Origin: Octopus bimaculoides
Taxonomy: Eukaryota
Assembly (NCBI RefSeq): GCF_001194135.2
Contig: NC_068982.1
Span: 126,010,727 to 126,074,726 of the forward strand
Reading direction: 5' to 3'
Length of the DNA stretch: 64,000 nt
In this document: piece by piece, positions 40,400-52,364 of the stretch
Numbering within the stretch: the first letter of the stretch is position 1
Layout: each line of letters opens with the position of its first letter
Translations under genes and position numbers: made by a program
Notes under the pieces: model-generated
The model's input: only the letters and a program-made list of their open reading frames with translations
What the model was told of the DNA's origin: nothing
The model's database searches: none

Positions 40400-42084
40400 A
40401 TTATTAATATCAGAAATTATACACACACACAGTCTGTGTGTCTGTCTCTCACACACACACACACACACACACATACACACATGATATGCCTCTGTACAGT
40501 TTTTGTTTTTGCAATTTCACTCAATAGTAAGACTACAGTAGAAGGTACTTTACCCAAAGTGTTGTATCATAAGAAAGAACTTAAGACACACACACACACA
40601 TATGATCATCGTTTACTATCTGTTCCCCATGCTGAAATGGGTTGGACAATTTGACAAGAGCTGGCAAGCCAGGGAGCTGTGACAAGCTCTGTTGTCTGTT
40701 TTGGCATACTTTTTACAGCTGGATGCCCTTCCTAACACCCACCACTTGACAGAGTGTACTGGGTGCTCTCTTTCATGATACCTGCACTGGTGCACTACCA
40801 TAATAAATACAGGAATGCAACTCTAGAAGCTAGCTCCTTAATATGTATATGTATGTGTGCATCTGTGTATTTAATTCAGAATAAATTTTGGTTGGCCATC
40901 CACTTTGTAGCAAGGTTGTGAAGGAAAGCATCAGAGCAAGTCTCTTCAACTATATCCCGAAACCAACCAAAGCCTTATAAAAGGATTGGGTAGATGGAAA
41001 CTGAAAGAAGCCTATTATACACACACACACACACACGTGTGTGTGTTTATGTGTACTGTTGTCCTGGCATGGTTGTAAATGAGAATCACCGTCATACAAG
41101 CGAGGTTGTTCATTTCCAGTCTGTCATGGAAAGCACATCTGGCTACGAGAAAACATTACCTTACGTGGAAACAGGTGAGGGCTGGCAGCAGAAGGCACAT
41201 CCAGATATAGAAGACCTGCTTCAACAAATTCCACCTGGCCTATTGCATGCATGGAAAAGTGGATCTTAAATGATGATGATAAGCCATTCAAACCAGCCTT
41301 GTATACTCAGCTTAGGTTTTTCTTGATGCTTTTACTCACAGTTCCAACTAAATCTCTATTATTTCTGTTTGTCTTCCATGTTAGATTTACTATAACATGG
41401 CCAACAATATAATTTTTACCACTCCCCTACATGACAGCAACTACTACTATCACTCCCAAAACAAGTACACATCTCCAGAACACTTCACCTTCATTCTTTT
41501 TACTCACATAATTCAGGTAGAGCACTTCACTATCTTCTTTAATTAAGTATGAAGACACCTCAGTTTTATAGAAGCAGGGAATTTAGAAATATTGCCTTTC
41601 ACAATGACATGGATAATTTAACTGAAGTTTTGTGATGAATTTGGCCATTTTAAATCTAGTCATTTACTTGGCTGTAGTTAAAAAAATATATACATAAATT
41701 ACTGTATGTAGAATGGAAGAAATAAGGAAATCAGATTCAGTATGTTGGATTTCACAAATAAGATGAATAAATATGTGCTTGTAAAAAAAAAACGCCATGC
41801 TAGTATGGGAAAATAGCAGTGGTGGTCGTGGTGGTGCTGCTGATGATGATCATGGTTGTGGTGCTGGTGCTGGTGGTAGGAGTGATGGTGGTAGGAGTGA
41901 TGGTGGTGGTGGTAGTTGTAGTTTTAAAGATAATGAGGATAATGATTGTTGTGGATGACCCCCTAACCCTAACCCAAACTAAACAAATACCTCTTCTCAG
42001 CACCTTACCTTACTGCAAGTGGGTGATACTACACAAAACCCGCCTGTAATGCTACATAGAACCATTCCAACCATTCTTGTAGAC

Positions 42085-42681
42085 AATATTACAATCACAG
42101 TAAAGCTTAATTCCTTTGTCTGTCCTTGTTTGTCTCCTCTGCATTTAGTCCCCTGTGAGCAATAAAGAAATGCATATTACAATCACACTAAGGTGGTGAG
42201 CTGGCAGAAACGTTAGCACACAGGCTGAAATGCTTAGCGATATTTTGTCTATCTTTGCGTTCTGAGTTCAAATTCCGCTGAGGTCAACTTTGCCTTTCAT
42301 CCTTTCGGAATTGATTAAATAAGTACCAGTTGCGCACTGGGGTCGGGTCGATGTAATCAACACAATCCCTTTGTTTGTCCTCGTTTGTCCCCTCTATGTT
42401 TAGCCCCCTCTGTGAGGAATAAAGAAATAAATATGACAATCACATTAAGGTGGCGAGCTGGCAGAAACGTTAGCACACCGGCTGAAATGCTTAGCGGTAT
42501 TTTGTCTATCTTTACGTTCTGAGTTCAAATTCTGCCGCGGCTGATTTTGGAGTCGATTAAATAAGTACCAGTTGCACACTGGGGTCGATGTAATCGACTT
42601 AATCCCTTTGTCTGTCCTTGTTTCTCCCCTCTGTGTTTAGCCCCCCCTGTGAGGAATAAAGAAATAAATATTACAATCACA
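42085..42681 (+). mobile_element. Tandem SINE D array (one partial plus two full copies)
   Basis: Copies separated by an atat(t/g)acaatcaca motif at about 42085, 42174, 42430 and 42667. Confidence 0.85.
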
Positions 42682-43008
42682 TTTTCTCCTATCTCCATGT
42701 CTGTCTCCAAATACAAACTACTACAGCAACCAAAACCTACCACTCATTTTAATTCCTTCCTCTTTCATGTACCTGTACCATGTTTACCACCTTGCCATTT
42801 ATCTTTTATCTATAACTTGTTTCCGTCATTTGACTGTGGTCATGCTGGGGCACTGCCTTGAAGAATTGTTACTCGAATGAATCGACCCCAAAACTATTTT
42901 TTTTAAAGCCTGGTACTTATTCTGTTATACAGTTCTATATTTAAGAGATGAGGAATTATGTATATTATTTACATTTGATGGTTATTTGTCCTCATCTTGT
43001 TTGTTGCT

Positions 43009-43050
43009 AACACGTTTCGGCTGATATACCCTCCAGCCTTCATCGGTGTT
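43009..43050 (-). ncRNA. Minimal type-I hammerhead ribozyme motif, mutated copy 1
   Basis: AACAC-C(-)GAUGA-A-GGCUG-gaggguauau-CAGCC-GAAAC-(---)-GUGUU: stems I and II intact, U of CUGA and the GUU triplet deleted. Confidence 0.65.
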
Positions 43051-43103
43051 TTGGGGAAATTTCAAACCTGGGTTCTCATTCCTAAGGTATTTTTCGATGT
43101 TAC

Positions 43104-43141
<38 letters not shown>

Positions 43142-43246
43142 TCACTGCTTGGAATTGAACTCAGAATCTTGGGGTTAGTAGCCCGCGCTCTCAACCACTA
43201 CACCATATGCCCATGGGCATATGGCATAGTACCATACTGTGGGACT

Positions 43247-43292
43247 GAACCTGATGAAAGCTGGAGGGTATATCAGCCAAAACGTTGTTAAC
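43247..43292 (+). ncRNA. Minimal type-I hammerhead ribozyme motif, mutated copy 2
   Basis: CCUGAUGA-A-AGCUG-gaggguauau-CAGCC-AAAAC-GUU-GUU: core CUGAUGA and GUU kept, GAAA changed to AAAA, stem I damaged. Confidence 0.6.
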
Positions 43293-43421
43293 AACAAACA
43301 AGATGAGGATAAATATCTGTCAAATGTAAATGATGTACTTGTTCTGTTGTCTCTTTTGCTGAACTACTAAGTTACAAAAATGTAAGCATACCAATGCCAG
43401 TTGTCAAGCAGTGGTGGGGGA

Positions 43422-43474
<53 letters not shown>

Positions 43475-43948
43475 GATGTTAAGATGGGCATCCAACACTA
43501 GAAACCATGCCAAAAACATTTCAGTTCCTTTCAAACTGCCCAACCCATGCCAGCATGGAAAACAAGCATTAAATGATGATGATAATGATGACAATGGGCT
43601 TCTTTCAGTTTCCATCTACCAAATCCACTTACAAGGCTTTGGTTGGCTCAAGGCCATACTAGAAGACATTTGCCCAAGGTGCCATGCCGTGGGACTGAAC
43701 CTGGAACCATGTTGTTGGGAAGCAGAGTCGACTGAGTGCTTTTTACATGGCACCAGCACAGGCGAGGTCAATTTTGGTGTGGTTTTTACAGCTGGATGCC
43801 TTTCCAAATGCCAACCACTTCACAGGGTAGATTGGATACTTTTTAAGTGGCACCAGCCCTGGCAGGGTCACCAAGTAACTTGCAAGACAAGGAATTTTTG
43901 AGAAGGGAGGAGCATTGGAGGAGGTGATCTTGAGTCAGATGATGAAAG

Positions 43949-44180
43949 ATGGTGAGCTGGCAGAAACATTAGCACGCCGGGCGAAATACTTAGCAGTATT
44001 TCGTCTGCCGTTACGTTCTGAGTTCAAATTCCGCCAAGGTCGACTTTGCCTTTCATCCTTTCGGGGTCGATAAATTAAGTACCAGTTACGCACTGGGGTC
44101 GATGCAATCGACTTAATCCCTTTGTCTGTCCTTGTTTACCCCCTCTCTGTTTAGCCCTTTGTGGGCAATAAAGAAATAAT
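43949..44180 (+). mobile_element. SINE family D inserted in an RTE 3'UTR (minus strand, about 43725-44215)
   Basis: 10-bp TSD atgatgaaag (43939-43948 / 44181-44190); CpG-rich, young-looking copy. Confidence 0.9.
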
Positions 44181-44227
44181 ATGATGAAAGGTTAGAGTGT
44201 GACAGAGAGAGACAGAGGCAGAAACAG

Positions 44228-44269
<42 letters not shown>

Positions 44270-44272
<3 letters not shown>

Positions 44273-44597
44273 GAACACGCATAGCTCAGTGGTTAGAGTG
44301 TCGAGCTTACAATCGTGAGATTGTGAGTTTGAATCCCGGACCGGGCTGCATGTTGTGTTCTTGAGCAAGACACTTTATTTCACGTTACTCCAGTTCACTC
44401 AGCTGTAGAAATGAGTTGCGACGTCACACGTGCCAAGCTTTATTAACCTTTGCCTTTCCCTTGGATAACATCAGTGGCGTGGAGAGGGGAAGCCAGTATG
44501 CATGGACAACTGCTGGTCTTCCACAAACAACCTTGCCTGGAAGGGTAACTTTCTAGGTGCAATCCTATGGTCAGTAATGACTGAAGGGGGGTCTCAG
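44270..44597 (+). mobile_element. SINE family G
   Basis: tagctcagtggttagag...gagtttgaatcccgg head, CORE-like middle, same tail as 27213-27545. Confidence 0.8.
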
Positions 44598-44598
44598 C

Positions 44599-44630
<32 letters not shown>

Positions 44631-45187
44631 ATTATATATACACACACATATGTCAATGATTTCTCCACAGTTTACTAAATTTCTACCAAATTCACTCACA
44701 GGGCATTGGCCAACCTGAGGCTACAGCAGAAACATTTAGCCAAAGTACCATACAGTGAGACTGAACCTGAAACCACATGGTTGTTGAGCAAGCTTCTTAA
44801 CCACTCAGCCATGCCTGAGCCAAACCATACAGCCATGCATGACAAATTTTCACATTTTCCATATTACTTCACCATATCTCTGCCACCATCAGCAATTCAC
44901 CTCCCACTATCACCCCCTTCTAGTGTGGTTACCTTCACTTTCGTTTTTTACTTATTATTTTCTACCACTTTATAACACCACCGTTACCACCATATCTAAT
45001 TTCTTTTATATTACACTCTGTCTTTCTCTAGATTCACCTCCCTGTTCACCCTGCTATCATTCTTTTTATCTCCAGGCTCCTAGCTTTTCTCCTTTCACCT
45101 TTTATTTCCTGTCTATTGTTCTCAAAGTCCACCAATTTTCCCATCATGCCCCTGTTCAGATAACACTAGAGTGAGCATGCAGTGAAG

Positions 45188-45223
<36 letters not shown>

Positions 45224-45422
45224 ATACACAGAAAGAAGCAGCTACTGGTCTATTTTATAATTTTTATGCACATGGGTGAATATACATACAAGCACACACA
45301 TTTACACCTACACATGTGCGTGTGCTTACACGTGATAAAATACTCATTTATGTCTAAAACAAACTGCATACAGAACTGCACATATACATACCTGTGTATG
45401 TGTCTGTGTATGTATATGTATA

Positions 45423-45453
<31 letters not shown>

Positions 45454-45789
45454 CTATAAAATTTCTGTACACGTACATAAATCTATGTATTCACTCATGT
45501 GCTCACATGTTTATACATACACACACCACACACACACACATATATGTGTGTATATATACATATATATTTGTGTGTGTATATATGTATATATGTATTCATA
45601 TATGTATGCTCTTTTTTAATTATTTTAAATCTTTCTCTGTGGATGGAGCTGGTTTCTGGCAAACATATAAAACTCCATTGTTGAAATGTTCATAACAAAA
45701 ACAAATTCACATTTTGAACATGCAAAAGGTTTTACATATTTTTACTGTTCCACTTACTGATTGTATTTTTAATGTGTGAGTTAGTTGGT

Positions 45790-46200
45790 TGATTCCCTTT
45801 TCTGAAAACCTTGGCTAACTCAGATTGTCACTTACTCAAAAAGCCAAGTGCACCAATAATTATTGGTATCAATGTGAATTCATAATCTGGAAATCGAAGC
45901 TGGAGGTTTTGAAGCACTTGTCCGTAGTTATCCTCTTTCTTTTTGCTTTTCAAAGAGGTACCTGCATCAACAGAGTAGCTGACTTTTGTGACAATACATA
46001 CTTGTCTGTTACATTCTGAGTTCAAATTCCACCGAAGTTGACTTTGCCTTTCACCCTTTCGGGGTCAATAAATTAAGCACCAGTTGTGTACTGGGGTTGT
46101 TCTAATCAACCAGCCCTCCTCCCAAAAAATTTCAGGCTTTGTGCCTAGAGTAGAAAAGAATACATACTTGTCTGTCTCAAAAAAACAGTATCTGGCCTGT
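45790..46200 (-). mobile_element. Fragment of a restriction-like-endonuclease (RLE) non-LTR retrotransposon (R4/Dong-like), split by a 5'-truncated SINE D (46010-46158)
   Basis: After removing the SINE (17-bp TSD aatacatacttgtctgt, 45993-46009 / 46159-46175) the minus strand reads HYRPDTVF-(frameshift)-DRQVCIVTKVSYSVDAGTSLKSKKKEDNYGQVLQNLQLRFPDYEFTLIPIIIGALGFL, resembling the PD-(D/E)xK C-terminus of RLE elements. Confidence 0.7.
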
Positions 46201-47539
46201 AATGTTTATTATACTTTGTTTTGATGGGAAAAGTTGTCACGATTTGAATTAGTTGTTATTTGGAGTTAGTGCCCTCTTGGATGGGTCAGAAGGTCGTATC
46301 TCACTCAAACGTTTTAATTTGGCAGGGTTTTGATGCCCTTCCTAACACCAACCTCTATATGAAGTGCATCATATTGTGGCACCAGCACTAGAGAGACAGT
46401 CATGTCTTCAGATATACAAAAGAGTCCTCTCAACCTGGCATTATCTCTTCTTGGCTGTTTGTCATTTTGCAGAGTGCACTAGCTACATTTTATGAAGACA
46501 TCAGCACTACTGAGTCTATTTGTGGTGCTTGGGCATTTGTTGGTTAGTCTGTCACGGTGAGTGGCTGAGTTGATGAATAGAAACACATTGCTTGAAGAAA
46601 TAACTGACCAACACCCGCAAACATTTAGCAGATTTTACTATCGCACATAAAGTCAAACTGCATTGGCCTTTTACAGATAACAACAGCAATAATTACATAC
46701 TGGGAGAGAGATAGCACTTGGAGTTTATGGAAAACTGTTGATACAGCAACATGTGGCTTGGCCAACATAACTGGAAGCAATTATGCTATATTCATGGCTA
46801 CGTAGGTTCTTGATAATCTGTCTGATCCATCTGTGTGGGTCATCTGATGTGGCATAAATGGAGACACATCTTCCTCAGCTGCCTCAACGTTCTGCAGTTG
46901 ATTATTGCCAAAAGTGGCCTTTTATAGGGTGCAAAAAAGAAAATTCTAGAAGATTGAATTATGTGATGGCTTAATGCTGACTGCTTAATAGACCAATCAT
47001 GTGAAACTGTTGTGGTTTGCCTGTGATGTCTGGCTGCACATCCCTGGATTCAGTTTTGAATCCCTGCTACACTTGAAATCCACAAGAATAAAGAGTTGTC
47101 ACTACTTTGTGGTTTTTTCCATTCATTCAAAGCAGCTTGATCAAGAATAGACAAGAGAGTAAGGAGTGAGAGTATGATGGGGCTAGGAAATAATGGGTAG
47201 GAGAAATGATGAATTGAGTGAGAGGGTGAATGTGATAGACGTTGGTGAATAGAGGGATGAGAGGGTATCAGAGAGCATGATGGGAAAAAAGGGAGTGAAG
47301 ATTCTGTGGATAAGAAAGAAGGCAGATGAGGTAGCAGGGAGAAGGAGAGAGTGGGTGGCAGAGAGATTAGTTATGAAGATGAGTTAGCACAGTACTGATG
47401 GAGGTTTAACAAGAGTAGATTAAGCATTGGCTTAAATGAAGGCAAGGAGCAGCCGATGGCAGATTCACAAGGATATATTGGGTATCCTAGCCTCCATTAC
47501 TACTATCATTTTAACCACTATCATTTTTACTACTATCAT

Positions 47540-48965
47540 TTTAATGTTTGCCACATCATACTTAGGTAGCTGGGTCTTCTCCAGCATTGTTTGTCGCAAA
47601 CTGTCACACTCCTTGTCACACAAACTATCTTCACATCACATAGCATTCTGAGTGCCCTGCACACCTTTACTCCATTATCATCTTGTATGCATATAATATA
47701 TCCATAGCATCACAGTCTTCTCTCTCTCACACACTACAACCAATTCTATAATATTCAGTATTTCTCTCTATTTGTGCTTCATTATTCATTTACAATAACA
47801 TTATACATTTAGCAGAACAGGCTTGCTTCATTTCTTTCTTGTCCTTGCAAACCCACCAGGTTCAAGGCTCACATTTCACTACCATGCAGCACTACAGTTT
47901 ATACATAGATGTCTTACACTCTGTTCTTCACTCTGAGAAACAAACCCGTTGTTACAAGCAGAGGTAGTTCCACTGTTAATTAGGTCACCTAAGGTAACAA
48001 AAACTACCAACTAGCTACTTCTGGGGAGCTGTCCAGGCATTTGAGAGAATCTGTTTCCTGTGTGTTCTTAGTGCCTTCTGGGAAACTGGCCCTTATGAGC
48101 TAGGCATGGCTTGAGAAGGAACAAACAACAATTGATTACTTAGCCTGGATGAGCAAGATTTCTGTGAGAAGCCTGTGAAATTTTAAGGCATAAGTAGCCA
48201 AATCAAACTGTTACCCATGCTCACAAACAGATAGAGATAATGTAATATGAATTACAGGCTATCTATGTAGTCTGCCGTCTTTGTTTGCCTGCCTGCTTCT
48301 TGTGTATCCATAGTTTAGACTGGACATATCACATGAAGTTTCTGCCTACCCACTTTCTGGATATCAAGCAGACCATTTCTCTGATGGCTTCAGGGTCTTA
48401 TCTTTCCTATTCGCTAAAACTCTAGACTTTGATAAGCTTAATTTGAGGCCTATTAGTTCCAGGTTTAGCTGCCAAGTCTGGAATTTCTCTTCAGAATCTA
48501 CTACAGATTCAGCTGATTATTACAAAGGTCATCAGCTTACAAGTGTTTCCACAGACAGACAGTCTTAAGCACTTCTGTTATGGCCTGAAGGACGGTAACA
48601 AGCAGAAAGGATGAAGAACTGCTCCTTGATGGACACTTCACCTTCACACAGAATTCATCGCTGTACCCATTGCTAACTTGCATTTGGCCAACTGCACGTC
48701 TGTATGTAGCTTGCTTGGCCTTTACAAGCCATTTGGTTGCCCCTGGTTTTCTTAGTGACAACCAGATTACAGAGTGTTAAACCTTATTAGAAGCCTTCAC
48801 CAGGTCAACAAATGCTAGATACTGCAGCTTACTTATAGCTAAATACTTCTTTTGCAGCTGTCTCACTAAGAAGATGCCATCAGTATTATCTCTCATTGGC
48901 ACAAAGCCAAACTGCATCTCATCTAGGCTAATTCTCTTAGAGATCAGTTGTGCTAAAACTCTTTC
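47540..48965 (-). mobile_element. Decayed RTE-clade LINE (RT domain to 3' end), interrupted
   Basis: DEMQFGFVPMRDNTDGIFLVRQLQKKY...LAFVDLVKA, VHQGAVL, ADDL, TVVLHGSE and ERNEAS motifs with stops and frameshifts. Confidence 0.85.
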
Positions 48966-49232
48966 TGTAGTAACTTTATTTCAATAAAACATACACACCA
49001 CACACACACTCATACAGACACGCATACACACAGACACACGCGCGTGTTATTTAGTTAGTTTTAGCAACCATAGTTAAGACCATGTTCGAGCGTCAGCTTC
49101 ATATAGTAATATATGCATGCATATATCAGTGTGTGTGTGTGTAATAAAGTTCAGCGCAAGAGAAAAACAGAGAAAGAGGAGAGGAAAAATACTGGACAAC
49201 ATATATACAATCATATATATATACACACACAC

Positions 49233-49291
<59 letters not shown>

Positions 49292-50299
49292 TATTTGGTT
49301 GATGTGGGAGTCAGTTTCTTGCTATTCTTGCTATTCTGGAGTTCTGACTGTGTTCTCAGTGTCACCAAGCAAGTTATGTCATGACAGTCAAAAACTCAGA
49401 GGAGTAAGAGAGTAATTCAACCAAAATATAAATATAATTAATCTCAACTATAGCTGTGAGTACTTTTGCTTCTGATAGTCAATCTAAATGTATATATATA
49501 TATACATAATATATTATTTGTGTGTGTGTGTGTGTTGATGCCTGCAGTCTTTCAATCCTATACAGAACAACATTAAGTAGCTTCCATTATCCTTCATCTA
49601 AAATGCTTCCCTCTAATCAATAAAATCTACTGGGTTTTATTCACCCAATATTTCCTAACTGAAGATTAAGGTTTTGATTCTTGTTTGGATTGGATATGTG
49701 TGTGTGTGTGTGTGTGTGGCTACACACGTATGTAATGTCCTTTAGTTCTTCAGTATGTTACAGCTATCTCAACCAAGACCATACTGGAACATCACCTTTA
49801 GCAGTTTTTTTTTTATCATCTCTGCATAGGAATCTTGTGTGTATGTGTGTGTGTTTGTGTGTAGTCTCTCTCTAGTTGTTTGATCAACAAACTGCTGGCA
49901 GGTCCAGGGCTTTGGTTGTTGTCTTTTGCAGATATCTGATCTGGTATTTTAGAGAACAATGTAGATAGATCATCATCATCATCATCATCATTGCTTAGCA
50001 TCTGTTATCTATGTTGATACGGTTTAGATAGTTTGACAGGAACTGACAAGCCAGAGAGTTGCACCAGGCTCCATTTGTCTGTTTTGATATGGTTTCTACA
50101 GCTAGATGCCTTTCCTAATGCCAACCATTCTACAGAATGCATTGGGTGCTTTTTGCATGGCACCAGCACCAGTGCTTTCTATGCAATGCCAGAAGACTTT
50201 TGTCATGTTTTCTAATCCTTTTGGGAGAAATTTTATAAAGTTGAAGTCCTTTAAACACAGAAGTGTTACTGTATACATACCTGATGTAGGTGTTTAAGT

Positions 50300-50830
50300 A
50301 GAAAAATATTCAGATCTGACAGTAACTTTCATTATTTTTCTTATCTTGTATGCCAAAGTTTGACATGCAATTTTCATAAATCTGTCTTCCACATATATAT
50401 ATATTATAGCATGTAGTTCTTACTGGCATTCCAAACAGTAGAGGCATAATGCACAAATACTATCTCATTTGTTAAAGTCTATGACTTTTCTGATTTCCTT
50501 TGTGAATACTTTCTCTAATTTCTCTATATGGTGGGTATGGCTGAGTATATATTTTCATCTATGTTAAGGGTAGTGGATGAAAAGCCTTGTATTTGTTGAT
50601 CCAAAAACGAATCGTTGAGTTGCTATTGCTGAGATAGGTGACCATGTCTTAGATAACCATAGATATATACTAATGAGTCCCTGATTGTCAGTAAAATTAA
50701 GTTTTATCAGTCTTCTCTTTCTCTACTTGGTGTTATATGCTGGATCCTCCATGGGTTTTTTAGTGATGAAATCCACTACCAGAAGGAACATAAAGGGGAG
50801 CAGTATCCATCCCTGATGTACCCCTAATGT
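50300..50830 (-). mobile_element. Second, more decayed RTE-like RT fragment
   Basis: LGVHQGWILLPFMFLLVVDFITKKPM...LNFTDN (GVRQGCILSP...LDFADD motifs). Confidence 0.7.
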
Positions 50831-51399
50831 AGTCAGCTATTTTTTTTTTCCTTTTCTGTCTTTCTCTTTCCATTATTCAAAAGAAAACACATGACTAGAT
50901 TTTTTTAATCTTTGCTTGAACTTCCTATTAGTCATGCCTATGTATTATTTCCATGCCATAATGAGGTTTGGTTTTTACAAAGGTAACACCTCCTTCAGAA
51001 ATTATGGCATTTACATTGTAGTATTTATTTAATGTGCAGGCATTGGTGTTTCTTCATGAACATTCTGCAGTTTTATTAATGGTTGTGTGGTAGGTTTTTC
51101 ATATTGTTGGCATAACTGTAGATTAATTTAAGGTTGTCCATGTTAAAAAAACTTTCTATATTTATAGTTGGCAGATGACTTTTTTTTTTTTTTCTAGGCA
51201 GAAATATTTATAAGAAAAGTAGGGGTTTCTTAGCATGCTATGCTCCTTATTATACTATCATATTATTGTAGTTCTTGACAAATTCTAGGCTGTAGGTATC
51301 GGAATAATATTCAATCAAGTGAAATTGAGTAAAACTAGAGATTTACTTATTTTTGATGCTCAGTAATAATATTACGCAAAACTGCATGAAAACAAACAC

Positions 51400-51439
<40 letters not shown>

Positions 51440-51956
51440 TAACAAAGAAAGAGCAAAGTGAAAAAATAACAGCAAAATACCCGAGACAGCAGACTAGAAA
51501 TCTTAAGTAAGTGCCAAGTATTTATCACAGTTAAGAACCATAAAGATAATTTCACATCTAACTCTAAATGTAGGCTGATTAACCCAGCTAAGTCTGAAAT
51601 AGAATTAGCAAGATTTTAAATAACTTTAATATTAAGAAAGCCACTACTCTGCAATGAGAGAATAATAGTATTGTTGTCATTAGCTTGTTCAGTAATATCT
51701 AGACATTTAAGGGAGAATAACTCATCTCAGCCACCTAATAGTTATAAACCTTAATGGCTGCAGAAACAGAAACATATAATTTATTTCAACATATTTCAAA
51801 ACATGGTTGAAATGTGAGGACTGATGAAGTGCTTTTATGGAATTAATGATATTAATAGATAGCCTGCAATTCATATTACATTATCTCCATCTGTTTGTGG
51901 GCCTTAAAATTTCACAGGCTTCTCACAGAAATCTTGCTCATCCAGGCTAAGTAATC

Positions 51957-52262
51957 GATTGTTGTTTGTTCCTTCTCAAGCCATGCCTGGCTCATAAGGG
52001 CCAGTTTCCCAGTTTCAATAGTGTGTAGGTTCCCCATCTGGACAGGACATCGGTCCATTGCAGGTGAGCTGCTAGATGCAGGAGGAAAGAGTAAGAGAAA
52101 GTTGTGGTTAAAGAGTCAACAGAAGCTCGCTGTTACCTTCTGCCGGAGCCATGTGGAGCTTAGGTGTTTTGCTCATAAATACACACATCTCCTGTTCTGA
52201 GGTTCAAACCTGCAATATCTCGACTACAAATCCGCTGCTCTAACCACTAGGCCATGTGCTTC
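51957..52262 (-). mobile_element. SINE family C, tail variant 1
   Basis: C-type head at 52262; probable TSD gtaat(c/t)gatt on both sides. Confidence 0.75.
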
Positions 52263-52364
52263 CATTAGGTAATTGATTACTGCACCTAAATGAGCTGGGT
52301 TTCTATGAGAAGCCTGCAAAATTTCGAGTCACATGGAGCTGAATCAAACTGTTTTAAATAATAA

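Larger units (their letters stand above)
42927..43334 (-). mobile_element. tRNA-headed SINE-like element with a Penelope-type 3' end plus an inverted partial copy
   Basis: Minus strand: tggtgtagtgg A-box and gagttcaattcc B-box head (about 43140-43215), (AAT)n, hammerhead-like segment and tail. 14-bp TSD gtactt(a/g)ttctgtt (42913-42926 / 43335-43348). Confidence 0.8.
42815..43723 (-). mobile_element. SINE family A copy split by later insertions
   Basis: The A tail at 42815-42926 resumes at 43335 and again at about 43603. Confidence 0.75.

Noticed and set aside
41958-41975. ctaaccctaaccc telomere-like motif
   Set aside because: Only about 2 units; insufficient for an interstitial telomeric repeat or a Helentron call.
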